A DNA stretch of 64,000 nt from an uncultured virus (IMG/VR IMGVR_UViG_3300021400_000104) (IMGVR_UViG_3300021400_000104); one strand, 5' to 3'; positions 1-10,802 are shown, counted from the first letter of the stretch. A program made the numbers and translations. The notes: a model not told the origin generated them from the letters alone.

Positions 1-1463
1 TTTACCACGATGGCGATTCCGCCGCTCCCTGTCGCTGTGCCGTTTTTTTCTACGACCGCGCCGTTCCCGGTATCATACGCAGACTTTCCAGGCGAGTATA
101 GATACCACCGCAGATCATACGTCGTACTGCTGCCGGCCGACGGGCATCCTGTAAGACGATAGGACCCGTTCGGAATCTTATCGGCCTCTTGATATGGCAT
201 GATCACGAATGTCGCCGACGACGTGCCATTATTCGTCCCGTTCGCAGTGACAGTCTGGTCGTCGTTCACCGTAAAGGTCACGCCGTTGATCGTTCGACTT
301 GTTCCCGTGATCTTTAGCAGATTCTTTGCACCTGCGTCGATAAGCCGTGCCACCGGAGCCTGTACCGCCTTATTCTGTACGGGATTTGTACTGGTACTGC
401 TCAGAGCATTATCCACATCCGCTGTGTTGAGCTTCGCTGCGAGCGCAGTATCCACCTGTGCCTTTGTATAGGTCGTGCTCTGCGGAGCAGCGGCATTGGC
501 TGTTCTCGCTAGGGCATTTATATCTACTCCAGTCTCTGCATTATTAGTATATATTTTTCCATTCCAATCTATTGCAAAAGCATTTGAACGATTATTTATG
601 TTATTACCATTTCCTATAATAAAAGAATAAGTATTATTTAAATCTTCTATGTTATATTTTCCTTGTACATGCTAGTTTTCACTAGATGCAATTGTCCAAA
701 GGCCTTCTGCATGGCTTCCACTACCATTAGCTCGACTCCCAGCCCCCTCTGCATGAGAAGAAGGTCCAGTCGCAACAGCTGTATTCCCTTCTGCATGTGA
801 ATAATCTCCTAAAGCTCTCGTGTTCTATCCTTCAGCATGAGAATATTCTCCTGTGGCTATGCTTTGATAAGTTCCGTTATAACGATTAAATACTTCAGCT
901 CCAGTGCCAGCAGTAACAGTTTCACTATCTATTGTATATTCCTTCCCTGTAACAATTCGTCCCGCAGAATCTATAATTCCATATCCATCAATTGTAGTTG
1001 GATTTGTCCCAGCAGTTACATGTCCTGTAGAATTTACAGTAACAGATTTATAAGTTCCAGAGCTAACTCCTGAAGAAGCATGAGAAATTGTGCGTGTTCC
1101 GCTTGTTGTTATTGCCGTACTATTATCTATATTAATTGGACTAGTTGTATTAATTTTTATAGAAGTTACAGTTCCACTTGGCTCATCGCCAGATGGAATT
1201 AAAACCCAAGAACTCCCATCTGATACAAAAGTATCTCCAATTTTTGCGCTCTAACTTGCATAAGTTCCTGCTTTAATTACTTTATAAACATAACCTGTAT
1301 TAGAAGAAGACGCTGTTGGCAAAGAAGTTATAGTGCCGCCAGTTCCAAGAGATCCTTTGAAGACCATTGGCTTTGGTAGATTCTCTATCGCCTAACGTGC
1401 AGTAGCATCTTTTATATTTAAAGAAGTTCCATCTGGGATTTTTATCTTTGAAATATCTGCCAT
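1..1463 (-). CDS. Tail fibre / receptor-binding protein (runs off the left edge; TAG read-through)
   Basis: ATG at 1463 (MADISKIKIPDG...), open to position 1 with TAG at 1392, 1251, 825 and 672. Contains SHAEG repeats and an IGNG...RSNAF motif typical of phage fibre/adhesin beta-rolls. Confidence 0.75.
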
Positions 1464-1534
1464 AATATCACCCCATATTTTTTACAATATGTGGCGAAAG
1501 CATAGAGCTTCCGCCACTATTAAAAGATATTTTA

Positions 1535-3502
1535 TTAATTCCCCTTAGTAACCTGAACGTCAGTTCCATCTGTAAGCACAGTAACAGTATCTTTACTATT
1601 CCATTCTGTATTAGCTCCACTAGCAGTAGCCTTGATATTAGTCTTAGATGGAGTAACTGTGATAGTAGATTCTGTACCAACAACTGTATCAGTAGTAGGA
1701 GCAGCATATCCAGTAACAGCAGTAACAGCATCTTTACTATTCCAAGTTGTATTAGCACCACTTGCAGTTGCTTTAACATTTGTAGTAGTTGCATTCACCT
1801 CTGTAACAACGCCAACCTTACCAGTTGATGCACTATCGGCCAATGTTGCAGTAATTGTTGGCTATGTAACTGTAAATGTAGCTCCATCTCCAATAACTGT
1901 ATCTGTTGTTGGAGATGCATACCCAGTAACAGCAGAAACAGTTTTCTAATCCTTCCATGCTACATTAGCCCCACTAGCACTACCACCAATATACTTAGTT
2001 GTACCACTAGCATCTGTGGCTACACTAATAACGCCTGTGCCAGCCGTAGCTCCTGTCGCAAGAGCAATAGTTGGCTATGTAATTGTAAATGTAGATGCAG
2101 CACCAATAACAGAATCTGTTGTTGGATCGCCTAGACCTGTAAGAGCGGTTGTGGAGGTACCATTTGTCGCTGACGTAACAACAGTTGCTCCATGCGTGTC
2201 TGTTGCCGCCACCGCACCTGTTGCAACTTGAGTAGCAGACGCAGCAGCAACTGGAACAGTAACATCAGTTGTCGCACTTACAGAGTATGTGGTTTGAGTG
2301 TCCATTGTGACCGCACCAATAATAAGCGTTTCATCACTTACACTCACTCCTTTTAGCCACTCTGTATTTAAAGTACTTGCAGTACCAGTACCCTTTGATG
2401 TTGTTTGAGAGGCACGAGTTACTTTTGATGCAGTTGTACTTCCACTAACACCAGTAACTGTAGTAGTAGCTAATTTTTTTGTAGTTGTACTAATGCTCTT
2501 CAAAAAAGTGTCACTTGATGGAGAAGAGTATCCTGTAACAACAGTTTTTTCATCTTTAGATTTCCAAACCGTATTCGCGCCACTTGCTGTCGCCTTTACA
2601 TTTGTTTTATTAGCGCTCACACCAGTAAGCACGCCAACTTTTCCTGTTGCAGTTGAATCTGTTAATGACATTGAAACAGTTGGCTAAGTTACATTAAATG
2701 TAGCATCTTTACCAACAGCATTACCTGTCGTTGGAGCACCTAGCCCTGTAATTACAGTAACAGTATCTTTTGAATCCCAATCTACGTTTCCATTAGATGC
2801 GGTTGCACCTAAATATTTTGTTGTACCACTTGCATCAGTAGCAAGACTAATGACCCCTGTTCCAGCAGTAGCATCTGTCTCAAGTGATACAGTTGGTTGA
2901 GTAATCTTGAATGTAGAATTTGCACCGATTGCGGATTTCGTAGATGGTGTACCTAACCCAGTAATTACAGTTACGTCATCTCCACTTACAGATGCACTTG
3001 TAATATCAGATACTACACTAACAGATCCTGCCGATGCAGTGGCTTCAGTAGATAAAGCTACAGTAGGCTATGTTATTGTAAAAGTTGAATTTGTACCAAT
3101 TACAGTGTCAGTGTTCTTATTCAAAGCAACACCAGTTACAACATCTGACAAGTCTAATTTTGTATCTCCGAGTTTCTCCCAAAAATATACTGCAGGATCT
3201 CCGCCCTAAGATACGGTTACATATTCATCATAAATATCTAAAGTTTCCCCTCCAGGAGTGCTTGAAGATTTTACAAGATAAAATGCCCCTATTGTATCTG
3301 CTGTAGCTACAAGAGTACCAGTATATATGGTGTCATTATATGTTACTTTTACCCCACTTGGAATATCAGCAGCTACAGGAGCCGAAGTGCCATCCCAAGC
3401 AATAATAAAGCTAACACCGCCGGAAATCATCTATCTAGCGACAGAGTCTTTTATATTATAGGTATTACCACTTGGTAATGTGATTTTTGAAATATCTGCC
3501 AT
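1535..3502 (-). CDS. Thr/Ala/Val-rich repetitive structural (fibre-like) protein, 655 aa
   Basis: ATG at 3502 with a GAGGTGA RBS (MADISKITLPSG...). Joins track ORFs 3206-3430, 2075-2671 and 1535-1843 in one frame; TAA at 1535. Internal repeats 'TF(T/N/K)(I/V)TQPT' and 'ATASGANTxWxSKD'. Confidence 0.8.
1560..3110 (-). repeat. Degenerate internal coding repeats (STFTITQPTV... and ASGANTxWxSKDxVT units)
   Basis: Five 'T-Q-P-T' units (Gln codons at 3068, 2897, 2684, 2075, 1862) and several 'WxSKD' units. Some copies are similar at nucleotide level, e.g. gtaacagyatctttactattcca near 1581 and 1722. Confidence 0.8.
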
Positions 3503-3519
3503 TTATTTCACCTCAATAA

Positions 3520-3912
3520 TTATTTATAAAATATAAGATTTTCCTTATTTACATTTGAAAGTTCACAACTAACCTTATTATTCCATAATATTCTTTCTTC
3601 TTCGGTTATATGAATAACTTGATTTCTAATATGATCGTAATAAACTTTATCAGTAAAAGGTAAATCTATTAAATATGCTTTTCCGTCTCCCAATTTAAAA
3701 CCTGGAATTGTAAGATTTTCATCAGTCATATAGTCTGTATATACATATAATGTATTTTTCTCCGAAATTAGAGATGTCTGATTATTCCAGTGTTCTGTTG
3801 TGTCAAATAATACAGGTAAATATTTGCTTGACATATACACTTTTAATTTACTAAAAAAGTATGCAAGTCCTTCTTTGTCAAGCCATTCATAATTTTCAGT
3901 ATTAATAATCAT
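3520..3912 (-). CDS. Tail-fibre-associated protein (KLGDG motif)
   Basis: Track ORF; ATG at 3912 after GGGGGTG. Motifs LDKEGLAYF, GFKLGDGK..LIDLPF and HITEEERILWNNK are common in phage fibre proteins. Confidence 0.6.
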   Translation of the reverse strand: MIINTENYEWLDKEGLAYFFSKLKVYMSSKYLPVLFDTTEHWNNQTSLISEKNTLYVYTDYMTDENLTIPGFKLGDGKAYLIDLPFTDKVYYDHIRNQVIHITEEERILWNNKVSCELSNVNKENLIFYK

Positions 3913-3930
3913 CACCCCCAATAATACGAC

Positions 3931-4437
3931 TTAATTAAATAAATCATCTATATAAGATGTTGGAATCGGTCTGGCTATTGAAATAAGATTTCCCTTTTCT
4001 ATATCTGCTGAAAAATTTTCCTAAATAGTAGGATATTCTGTACTTGGCTAAAAATCTTTTGTTGCTTGATATAATTGTCCAGTTTGTAAATAAATAAGCT
4101 ATCCTGAATTATAATTTTCATCAGCACTATACTTACGGACTTCCTCATTTTGAGATAAAGAGTATAAATACTCCCAAGTTTCTCCCTCATCATAGGATAC
4201 TTCAATTATATTATTTTGCTACCTAAGAAGTGGAGTTATTCCATTGTCTCCATTATAAACAGTAAATACGTTATAAGTTCTATCTGAGTATAAAATTTTA
4301 TAAGTATCTTTTGCTCCAGGTATCCCTGCTTTATCACCTTTATCACTAGATAAAAAAGTAACAGATATAATTTCTCGTCCACTTCCGCCCCCTCCGCCCC
4401 CTGAGCCAGACTTAGCAAAAGGATTAAATTGCCCCAT
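3931..4437 (-). CDS. Hypothetical structural protein, 168 aa (TAG read-through)
   Basis: ATG at 4437 with a GAGGTGA RBS; four TAG; TAA at 3931; Gly-rich linker. Confidence 0.65.
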
Positions 4438-4449
4438 TATTTCACCTCA

Positions 4450-4734
4450 TTAATAAATAATATAAAAATCTAAATTACAATTATTATCAAAAGTAAGAGA
4501 GTTAATTGCCATGTAATGACTTCCATCATAAGGAGTAATAAAATATCCATTACTTGGCACTTTATTTGGAACTTTATTTAATTTAAAAGTAGTTCCTGCC
4601 GCAGCCTCAAAGCCGATAAAATCAACAGAAAAACGAGTATTAAAATATCCATCTTCTTCATTTAAAATTTTATAAATTTTATCTAATACATTTTCTCCTG
4701 CTTCGGCATTTACAGTAACACATCTATATGCCAT
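4450..4734 (-). CDS. Hypothetical protein
   Basis: Track ORF of 94 aa with a GGAGGGG RBS. Confidence 0.7.
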   Translation of the reverse strand: MAYRCVTVNAEAGENVLDKIYKILNEEDGYFNTRFSVDFIGFEAAAGTTFKLNKVPNKVPSNGYFITPYDGSHYMAINSLTFDNNCNLDFYIIY

Positions 4735-4755
4735 TAAATCTCCCCTCCTATTTTG

Positions 4756-4968
4756 TTAAATATTTTTTAATTTTAATTTTAATTCTTTAATTTCTTCCTC
4801 TAATGCTTTAATCTTAAGGTGCAAAGAATCAATTTGTTCTCTTGCAAACTTATCTTTCAAATTATAACAAGTTTTTGGGCCTAAATTCCAATAGAAAGTT
4901 TGTACTGTGTCAGAATCATTTATGATGCTATTTATATCTTGCTCTTTTAAATTATTATTTTTATTCAT
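4756..4968 (-). CDS. Small coiled-coil protein
   Basis: Track ORF of 70 aa; YNLKDKFAREQI motif followed by heptads. Confidence 0.6.
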   Translation of the reverse strand: MNKNNNLKEQDINSIINDSDTVQTFYWNLGPKTCYNLKDKFAREQIDSLHLKIKALEEEIKELKLKLKNI

Positions 4969-5218
4969 TTAATTTCTCCTTTCCAATTTCATTAAAAAAT
5001 TCTTTAACTTTATCCATATCTTCTATATCATCTATAATAACAGAAATAGTATCATCAAATCTCATATTTGCAGACATAATACCGATTAAAGATTTTCCAT
5101 TTACTATTCTATCTCCATGAATAATTCTTATAGATGATGGTATTTGTTTTAAATTCCAATTTAATTGTGCCGCAGTTCTTGCGACTATATCTCTATCAAG
5201 TCTGTATGTAAGTGTCAT
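4961..5218 (-). CDS. HPr/Crh-family phosphocarrier-like protein (His15 equivalent is Val; Ser46 equivalent kept)
   Basis: Gapless match to HPr: IVARTAAQL vs IHARPATVL, and VNGKSLIGIMS vs VNLKSIMGVMS, with the same 31-residue spacing; 85 aa. Confidence 0.75.
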   Translation of the reverse strand: MTLTYRLDRDIVARTAAQLNWNLKQIPSSIRIIHGDRIVNGKSLIGIMSANMRFDDTISVIIDDIEDMDKVKEFFNEIGKEKLNE

Positions 5219-5236
5219 TATTTCATCTCCTTTAAT

Positions 5237-5265
5237 ATTTTAACACTCTGCAACGAAAAAGTCAA
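5237..5265 (-). promoter_or_regulatory. Sigma-A-type promoter (leftward, upstream of the HPr-like gene)
   Basis: Minus strand TTGACT-N17-TAAAAT with extended TG. Confidence 0.65.
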
Positions 5266-5291
5266 TTATTTTTAACAATATTAAAAAGAAA

Positions 5292-5320
5292 TTGACTTTT
5301 AAATTATTTTGTGATATTCT
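5292..5320 (+). promoter_or_regulatory. Sigma-A-type promoter
   Basis: TTGACT-N17-TATTCT with extended TG. Confidence 0.65.
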
Positions 5321-5348
5321 TAAAATAAGAAAAGTGAGGTGATTTGTA

Positions 5349-6254
5349 ATGAATTACAATATTGAATTGTACAATGCAAATTTAAGTTATAAGCCAATTT
5401 ATATGATGTCCTCAAAATTTTTAACGGAAGACTATGTAAATTGGATTATTAACAAAACAATGAATTCTTTTATTAAGAAATATGAAAATGCTTCTGATAA
5501 ACTTTTTATTTTAGACTATAAAGATGATCTTATTAGTGTTATCTGTTACAGAATGTTGAAAAATTTACAAAGCGTGTCTCCATTTAAATTTAATATAGCA
5601 ATTATGGGAAAGATTCATAAAACTAAACAATTTCTTCAAAAAGAAAAAAGAATTTATAAATGGAAACTTAAAAAATATTTAAAATCAAATTCTTGTGTTA
5701 TTATACAGGGATTTAACCCTCTATATAATAAAGTATTAAATACAAATATAGTCTTCAATGATTTCGATTGTCCAATTTGGAGACCTGTAGAAAACTATAC
5801 CCCTTTTGTTTTTGAAACTGCACAAGTTTTTTATCATATTGATTATATTCCACATGATATTATATTTGGACCTGATAATTATGAAGAAATGATGTCTTTT
5901 GATAAATGGTGCCGCGGCATAGAAAATTTTTACTATCCTTGTTTTGAGGATTATGAGAAAATCTATCAAATTGCTATGGTAAAATTAACAAATAATTTAG
6001 ACAAAGATATGAAACTTCTTAATGAAGTTGAAAATTTTGACGGAATTATTTTTTATTATTATGATGGAGAAATGCCTGCATTACTAAAAAGTGAATATAA
6101 TCTATTTTTAAAAAATTCCTGCAATATGCCAGGTTATAACAATATTAATAGTAGAATGGGATTAGATATTAGTGAAGATTATAAAGTACGTTATAACTTT
6201 TTTGGGGACTGGACAGATAGTCAAATTGAATATTACAAGGAGAATGAGAAATGA
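5349..6254 (+). CDS. Hypothetical protein, possibly degenerate PP-loop (TtcA/TilS-like) fold
   Basis: TAG-free track ORF of 301 aa. Weak resemblance only (LKNLQSVSPFKFNI; IWRPV); no SGGxDS motif. Confidence 0.55.
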   Translation: MNYNIELYNANLSYKPIYMMSSKFLTEDYVNWIINKTMNSFIKKYENASDKLFILDYKDDLISVICYRMLKNLQSVSPFKFNIAIMGKIHKTKQFLQKEKRIYKWKLKKYLKSNSCVIIQGFNPLYNKVLNTNIVFNDFDCPIWRPVENYTPFVFETAQVFYHIDYIPHDIIFGPDNYEEMMSFDKWCRGIENFYYPCFEDYEKIYQIAMVKLTNNLDKDMKLLNEVENFDGIIFYYYDGEMPALLKSEYNLFLKNSCNMPGYNNINSRMGLDISEDYKVRYNFFGDWTDSQIEYYKENEK

Positions 6255-6766
6255 AAATTTTTATTGTAAATGGTCAAGGTGGCGCAGGTAAGTCAACATT
6301 TGAATATATTATTCAAAAATATGCTTGGGAGGAAGATTTTAAAGATATTACGATTACTTCAATAATTGATCCAATAAAAGCAATCGCAAAAGAAATAGGA
6401 TGGAATGGAGGAAAAACAAATAAAGATAGAGCTTTCCTTCATGATTTAAAGGTATTACTACATAATTATAATAATTGCGATACAAAATATATTATAAATA
6501 AAATTAATAATGCCGAAACACTTAAGCGCGCAGCAATTTTTATTGACATGAGAGAGAAAGAAGATATTGCAGATTTTAAAGATTTGTTCCCAGAAATAAA
6601 AACCGTTCTTATTAAACGGGGAGAATTTTTCTCTTATGGGAATGAAGCAGATGATAATGTCTCGGATATTAATTATGATATTGTAATTGAAAATAATGGG
6701 ACATTAGAGGACTTTGAAAAGAAAGCGATTGATTTTTATAATAAGGAGATTTGTAATGGTATTTAA
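6251..6766 (+). CDS. P-loop nucleotide (dNMP-like) kinase
   Basis: N-terminal Walker A GQGGAGKS; IDMRE; C-terminal DIVIENNGT. Confidence 0.75.
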   Translation: MKIFIVNGQGGAGKSTFEYIIQKYAWEEDFKDITITSIIDPIKAIAKEIGWNGGKTNKDRAFLHDLKVLLHNYNNCDTKYIINKINNAETLKRAAIFIDMREKEDIADFKDLFPEIKTVLIKRGEFFSYGNEADDNVSDINYDIVIENNGTLEDFEKKAIDFYNKEICNGI

Positions 6767-7253
6767 GTATTATACTGATGGTGCTTGCACATTAAAAAAT
6801 GAAAATGGTGTGTATTCTAAAGGTCCTGGTGGATGGGCATACATCAGAATTCAAGATGGAAAAATTACAACATAGTCTAGCGGCGGCTCTAAGAAAACAA
6901 CAAATAATGAGTAGGAACTTACCGCTATTATGGAAGCATTAATTGATGCAGAGAAAGCGACCATTCCAGGTGACGAAATTGAAATCTATTCTGACTCTGC
7001 TTATTCAATAAATATTTATACTCAATGGATAAAAAACTGGGAGAAAAATGGTTGGACTCGCGGAAAGAAACATGAGCCAATTGAAAATTTATTTGTTATT
7101 AGAGATACTTATGACCTTATAAAGAGACTTGAAGAACAATTTATAAAAGTTACTTTTATTAAAGTAAAAGGCCACTCAACAGATAAATTTAATCAGTATG
7201 TCGATACGCTAGCAGTCGAAATGAAAATAAAAATGAGTCAAGCAAATGCTTGA
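6756..7253 (+). CDS. rnhA: Ribonuclease HI (TAG read-through)
   Basis: YTDGAC, GPGGWA, TTNNE[Q]EL, YSDSAY, KVKGH and N..VD.LA motifs; two TAG. Confidence 0.9.
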
Positions 7254-7278
7254 CTTTTCTTTTTATTTATGGTATACT
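7250..7278 (+). promoter_or_regulatory. Sigma-A-type promoter
   Basis: TTGACT-N17-TATACT with extended TG. Confidence 0.75.
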
Positions 7279-7308
7279 ATTTATAGAAAATAAAATGGAG
7301 GTGCTGTA

Positions 7309-8439
7309 ATGTACGGTTATATTGATGGAATTGATTTCCATAATTTGGAAGCTGAGAAATATTGGTCTTTCCCTAAAACATATAAGGGAAATAAGCATGA
7401 AGAGACAAGAAATTTCATTTTATCTGGAGAATATTTAGGCGCAGAAAAAATGGATGGTCACTATGCTCGACTTATTAAAGATGAAGATGGTAATATTATT
7501 CTTCAGGGGCGTTCTAAATCTGTAAGCGGAGAATACCTTGATAAGCACGAATGGATGCCACAACTTAATGATTTCTTTGATTGGCTACCAAATGGAACTT
7601 GTCTTCTTGGAGAACTCTATTTCCCTAATCAGAGAGGCTCTCGTAAGGTGACTACAATTCTTGGTTGTTTGAAAGATAAGGCAATTGAGAGACAAAATGC
7701 CGGGGAAAAATTATGCTATTATATCTTTGATATTTGGGCTTGGACGGGCAACTCTCTTTTAAATACAGACGCAAAACACCGTTTTGGTCTAGTTATGGAT
7801 ATTGGCGTAGATGAAAAGACTATGTGTAAAAATGCTTATGTTAATTTTGCAAACTATTTAAGTGGAGAAAACCTTTGGGAAAGACTTTGGGGAATTTTAA
7901 ATGCTGGCGGGGAAGGGATTGTAATCACAAGAGCGAGCTCTAAGCCTGAACCTGGCAAGAGAACGGCAAGAAAAACTCTCAAAGTTAAAATGGAAATTGA
8001 ACAAACAATTGATGCTTTTCTTGATGGTAATTATAAGCGTCCAACTAGACTTTATACTGGGAAGGAAATTATGGTCTGGCCATATTGGGAAAATCTCAAA
8101 ACTGGAGAAAAATCTGATAAAAATATGTATAAAGAATATGATGCCGGATTACCATGGGAACCCGTAACAAAATCATATTATAATGGTTGGGCGAGTGCAG
8201 TTTCTTTTTCCGTTTACAAAGATAATAAGCTAGTGCATATTGGATGGATTTCTGGAATTACTGACGACTTGAAAAAGGAAATTATCTCTAATCCAGAAAA
8301 ATGGAAGAATAAGGTTGCAGAATTGACGGCAATGGAAATTGAACATATTGACGGGAATTTTAGTCTTAGACATGGGAGAATTGTAAAGTGGAGAGAAGAC
8401 AAAAATGCCACTGATTGTACTTTTGACCAGATTAATTAA
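7309..8439 (+). CDS. ATP-dependent DNA ligase
   Basis: Motif I EKMDG, GEL, YIFDI, EGIV, LKVK; C-terminal SLRH...REDK; TAG-free. Confidence 0.85.
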   Translation: MYGYIDGIDFHNLEAEKYWSFPKTYKGNKHEETRNFILSGEYLGAEKMDGHYARLIKDEDGNIILQGRSKSVSGEYLDKHEWMPQLNDFFDWLPNGTCLLGELYFPNQRGSRKVTTILGCLKDKAIERQNAGEKLCYYIFDIWAWTGNSLLNTDAKHRFGLVMDIGVDEKTMCKNAYVNFANYLSGENLWERLWGILNAGGEGIVITRASSKPEPGKRTARKTLKVKMEIEQTIDAFLDGNYKRPTRLYTGKEIMVWPYWENLKTGEKSDKNMYKEYDAGLPWEPVTKSYYNGWASAVSFSVYKDNKLVHIGWISGITDDLKKEIISNPEKWKNKVAELTAMEIEHIDGNFSLRHGRIVKWREDKNATDCTFDQIN

Positions 8440-8451
8440 GGAGGAGAGACA

Positions 8452-9081
8452 ATGGGTAGTAAAACTTTCATGACAATTGGCGCAGAAAATCATACGAATG
8501 AAACCCGACAAGCTGAAGATTTTTATTCAAGTGATCCTCGCGCGGCCTCTCATATTTTTTCTAAAATGCCTGAATTTTTATCAGCAGACAAAATTATTGA
8601 GCCTTGTGCTGGGAATGGCATATTAGCAGATTAGATAAAAGAGATAACCGGTAAGAATGTAGATATGTATGATTTAATTAAACGAAGAGATGATATTAAC
8701 ATTGCCAATTATTTTGACTTAGATATTAAAAATAAATATGATTTAATTATAACAAATCCTCCATATAAAAAAGGGACAAAAGCTGAACCTGGTCTTGTTG
8801 AAATGATTTTAAAAATGTTAGACGATATTAGACCTAATGGATATGTTGCATTACTTTTAAAAACTCTTCATTTAGAGTCTCAGGATAGGTATAATAGAAT
8901 TTTCTCGAGTAAGCCACCAGAAAAAATTTTCGTTTATGCGCCGAGGATTACTTGCTATAAAAATGGAGATATGAATATTTCTCAAGGGGCAATAAGTTAT
9001 TCCTGGTTTGTTTGGCATAAACAAGAAAATGGAGAATACTTAAATAAATCGGTTCAATTGGGATGGATTGAAAAACTCTGA
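8452..9081 (+). CDS. DNA amino-methyltransferase (N6A/N4C), TAG read-through
   Basis: Motif I EPCAGNG and motif IV NPPY are joined in frame across TAG 8632-8634. Confidence 0.85.
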
Positions 9082-9126
9082 TTAATCTGTTGAAGAAAGA
9101 ATCTTCATATTTCACTTTATTAAGAG

Positions 9127-9157
9127 AGGGAAGACTTAGAGTCTTCCCTATTTTTAT
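9127..9157 (+). terminator. Intrinsic terminator-like hairpin
   Basis: AGGGAAGACT-tag-AGTCTTCCCT followed by ATTTTT. Confidence 0.6.
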
Positions 9158-9173
9158 TAAAGAGGTGAGTTTC

Positions 9174-10010
9174 ATGAAAGAATGTTTTTTAACTCCAATT
9201 AATATTCCCGCGCCGCCACCTCATACTCAGATTCATCCAAGGTGTTTTACCTGTAAAAAATTTCCCGTATGCAATTTAAGGGAAGATTACCTTAAAACTG
9301 CATTGTTAATGCAAAGAGTTTTAGGGGATCCTTAGGAAGATAGAGAACTTGGATAGTTTGATTATAGATGTGGATATTTACCTGGATTTAAAGGGTATAA
9401 TTTTCATAAGCCGGATGATATTTTTCCAGAAGAAATCAAAACTACTGATAATGAAACTGGAAAATTTCTTGATGCTAAATGGAGAAATTTAAATATTGTA
9501 TAGTTCATCTATATTATTGAGAAATATTATGTTCGATTTGATGCTTTCTGGAATTATGAAGAAGAAATTTTTGAAATTAGAAATGGGCATGAAGTATATT
9601 ATGGTACTCCATATATATTAGAAACAGATTCAATAGTTACTATTACTTCTCAATTAGGGGTATGGAGAAATGAAATGGAAGAAAAAGAAAAGGAGAACGA
9701 AAATTATGATGTAATAAATACGACTTATTTTTCTGCTAATTTAAATTGTGACTTTTATGAATACGAGAAGGGATTAACAGAAGAAGAAGGAATTAGACGT
9801 ATGATTGCTCATTATCCGAAAGGAATTCCTTGTAAAGATGGAAGCTATTATCATTTAGCTACATTCCATATCGAACCATATAAAGTGCCGATGTACCACC
9901 CAGAAAATGGTAAAGTTGCCTTTGCCCCAATACCGTATCCCGTTTTTGTTCCATCTCCTTGTCCACCACGTCACGCTCACCCAAAACGTAGAGAAGATTA
10001 TGGAGATTAA
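9174..10010 (+). CDS. Hypothetical protein, 278 aa, with Cys and Pro-rich termini (TAG read-through)
   Basis: ATG at 9174 after GAGGTGA; joins track ORFs 9090-9335 and 9675-10010 across three TAG. Confidence 0.75.
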
Positions 10011-10416
10011 AACATCAAAAGGGGAACAAAAACTTATTAATTTATTCCGACGTGGAGGAATACAATTTATTAGAGAAGTAAGTTTTAGTGATTTAACTGG
10101 GAAGAAAAAAACATATCTTAGATATGATTTTGGATTATTCAAAAATAATAAATTAGTTTGTTTAGTAGAATTTGATGGTAAATAGCATTACGAATACGTC
10201 CCTTATTTTCATAAAAACTATTCAGGTTTTTTAAAATAGCAAGAAAGAGATAGGCAAAAAAATAGGTATTGTTTAATGCACCAGATTCCACTTATTCGTA
10301 TTCCATATTGGGATTTAGAAGAATTAACTTTAGAAAAAGTCTTAACAAATTCAGCATATAGAGTTCAAACAAAATATCATAATGATAATCTCATAAGAAG
10401 CGGGGTGAAAAAATGA
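10000..10416 (+). CDS. Vsr/DUF559-like PD-(D/E)XK endonuclease
   Basis: SKGE, LRYDF, VEFDGK[Q]H, RDRQKNRYC and LIRIPYW motifs; its TGA overlaps the next ATG. Confidence 0.8.
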
Positions 10417-10802
10417 CATTCGCAACTTTATGGACAATTTTTAAAGGAATTGGAAGTGGAGTCGGAATTATTATTACTCTTGTTACTTTCTGGGGATTAA
10501 TTTCAAAAAAACCCAAAGCCGCACTTCACAATATGATCCTTAATGGATGCAAAGCTGCAAACTCTCAAATCGAAGATGACATGAGAGAAGTATTAAGTAG
10601 ACTTAATAAGAATGATTAGGCTACAGTTGTATCTTTAAGACATTCTATTACTAACATTTATGAAAATTATAAATAGGATAAAAAATTTCCAATTCATGTA
10701 AAGGAAGATTTAATGAGCCTTCTTGATTAGTACGACTCCTTTGGAGGAAATTCGTATGTACATACAATTATAGAAGAAATGAAAACATGGGATGTTGAAT
10801 GA
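10413..10802 (+). CDS. Membrane-anchored phage protein (possibly holin-associated)
   Basis: N-terminal hydrophobic helix; C-terminal Y..FGGNS motif; three TAG. Confidence 0.6.

Noticed and set aside
1560..3110. CRISPR array or DGR template/variable repeat
   Set aside because: The repeats are degenerate, in-frame coding repeats without spacers or adenine-specific differences; no reverse transcriptase or cas gene is in the window.
199..3306. Plus-strand track ORFs (199-471, 837-1073, 1632-1949, 2016-2231, 2493-2687, 2907-3209, 3085-3306)
   Set aside because: They are antisense shadows of the two minus-strand fibre-like genes.
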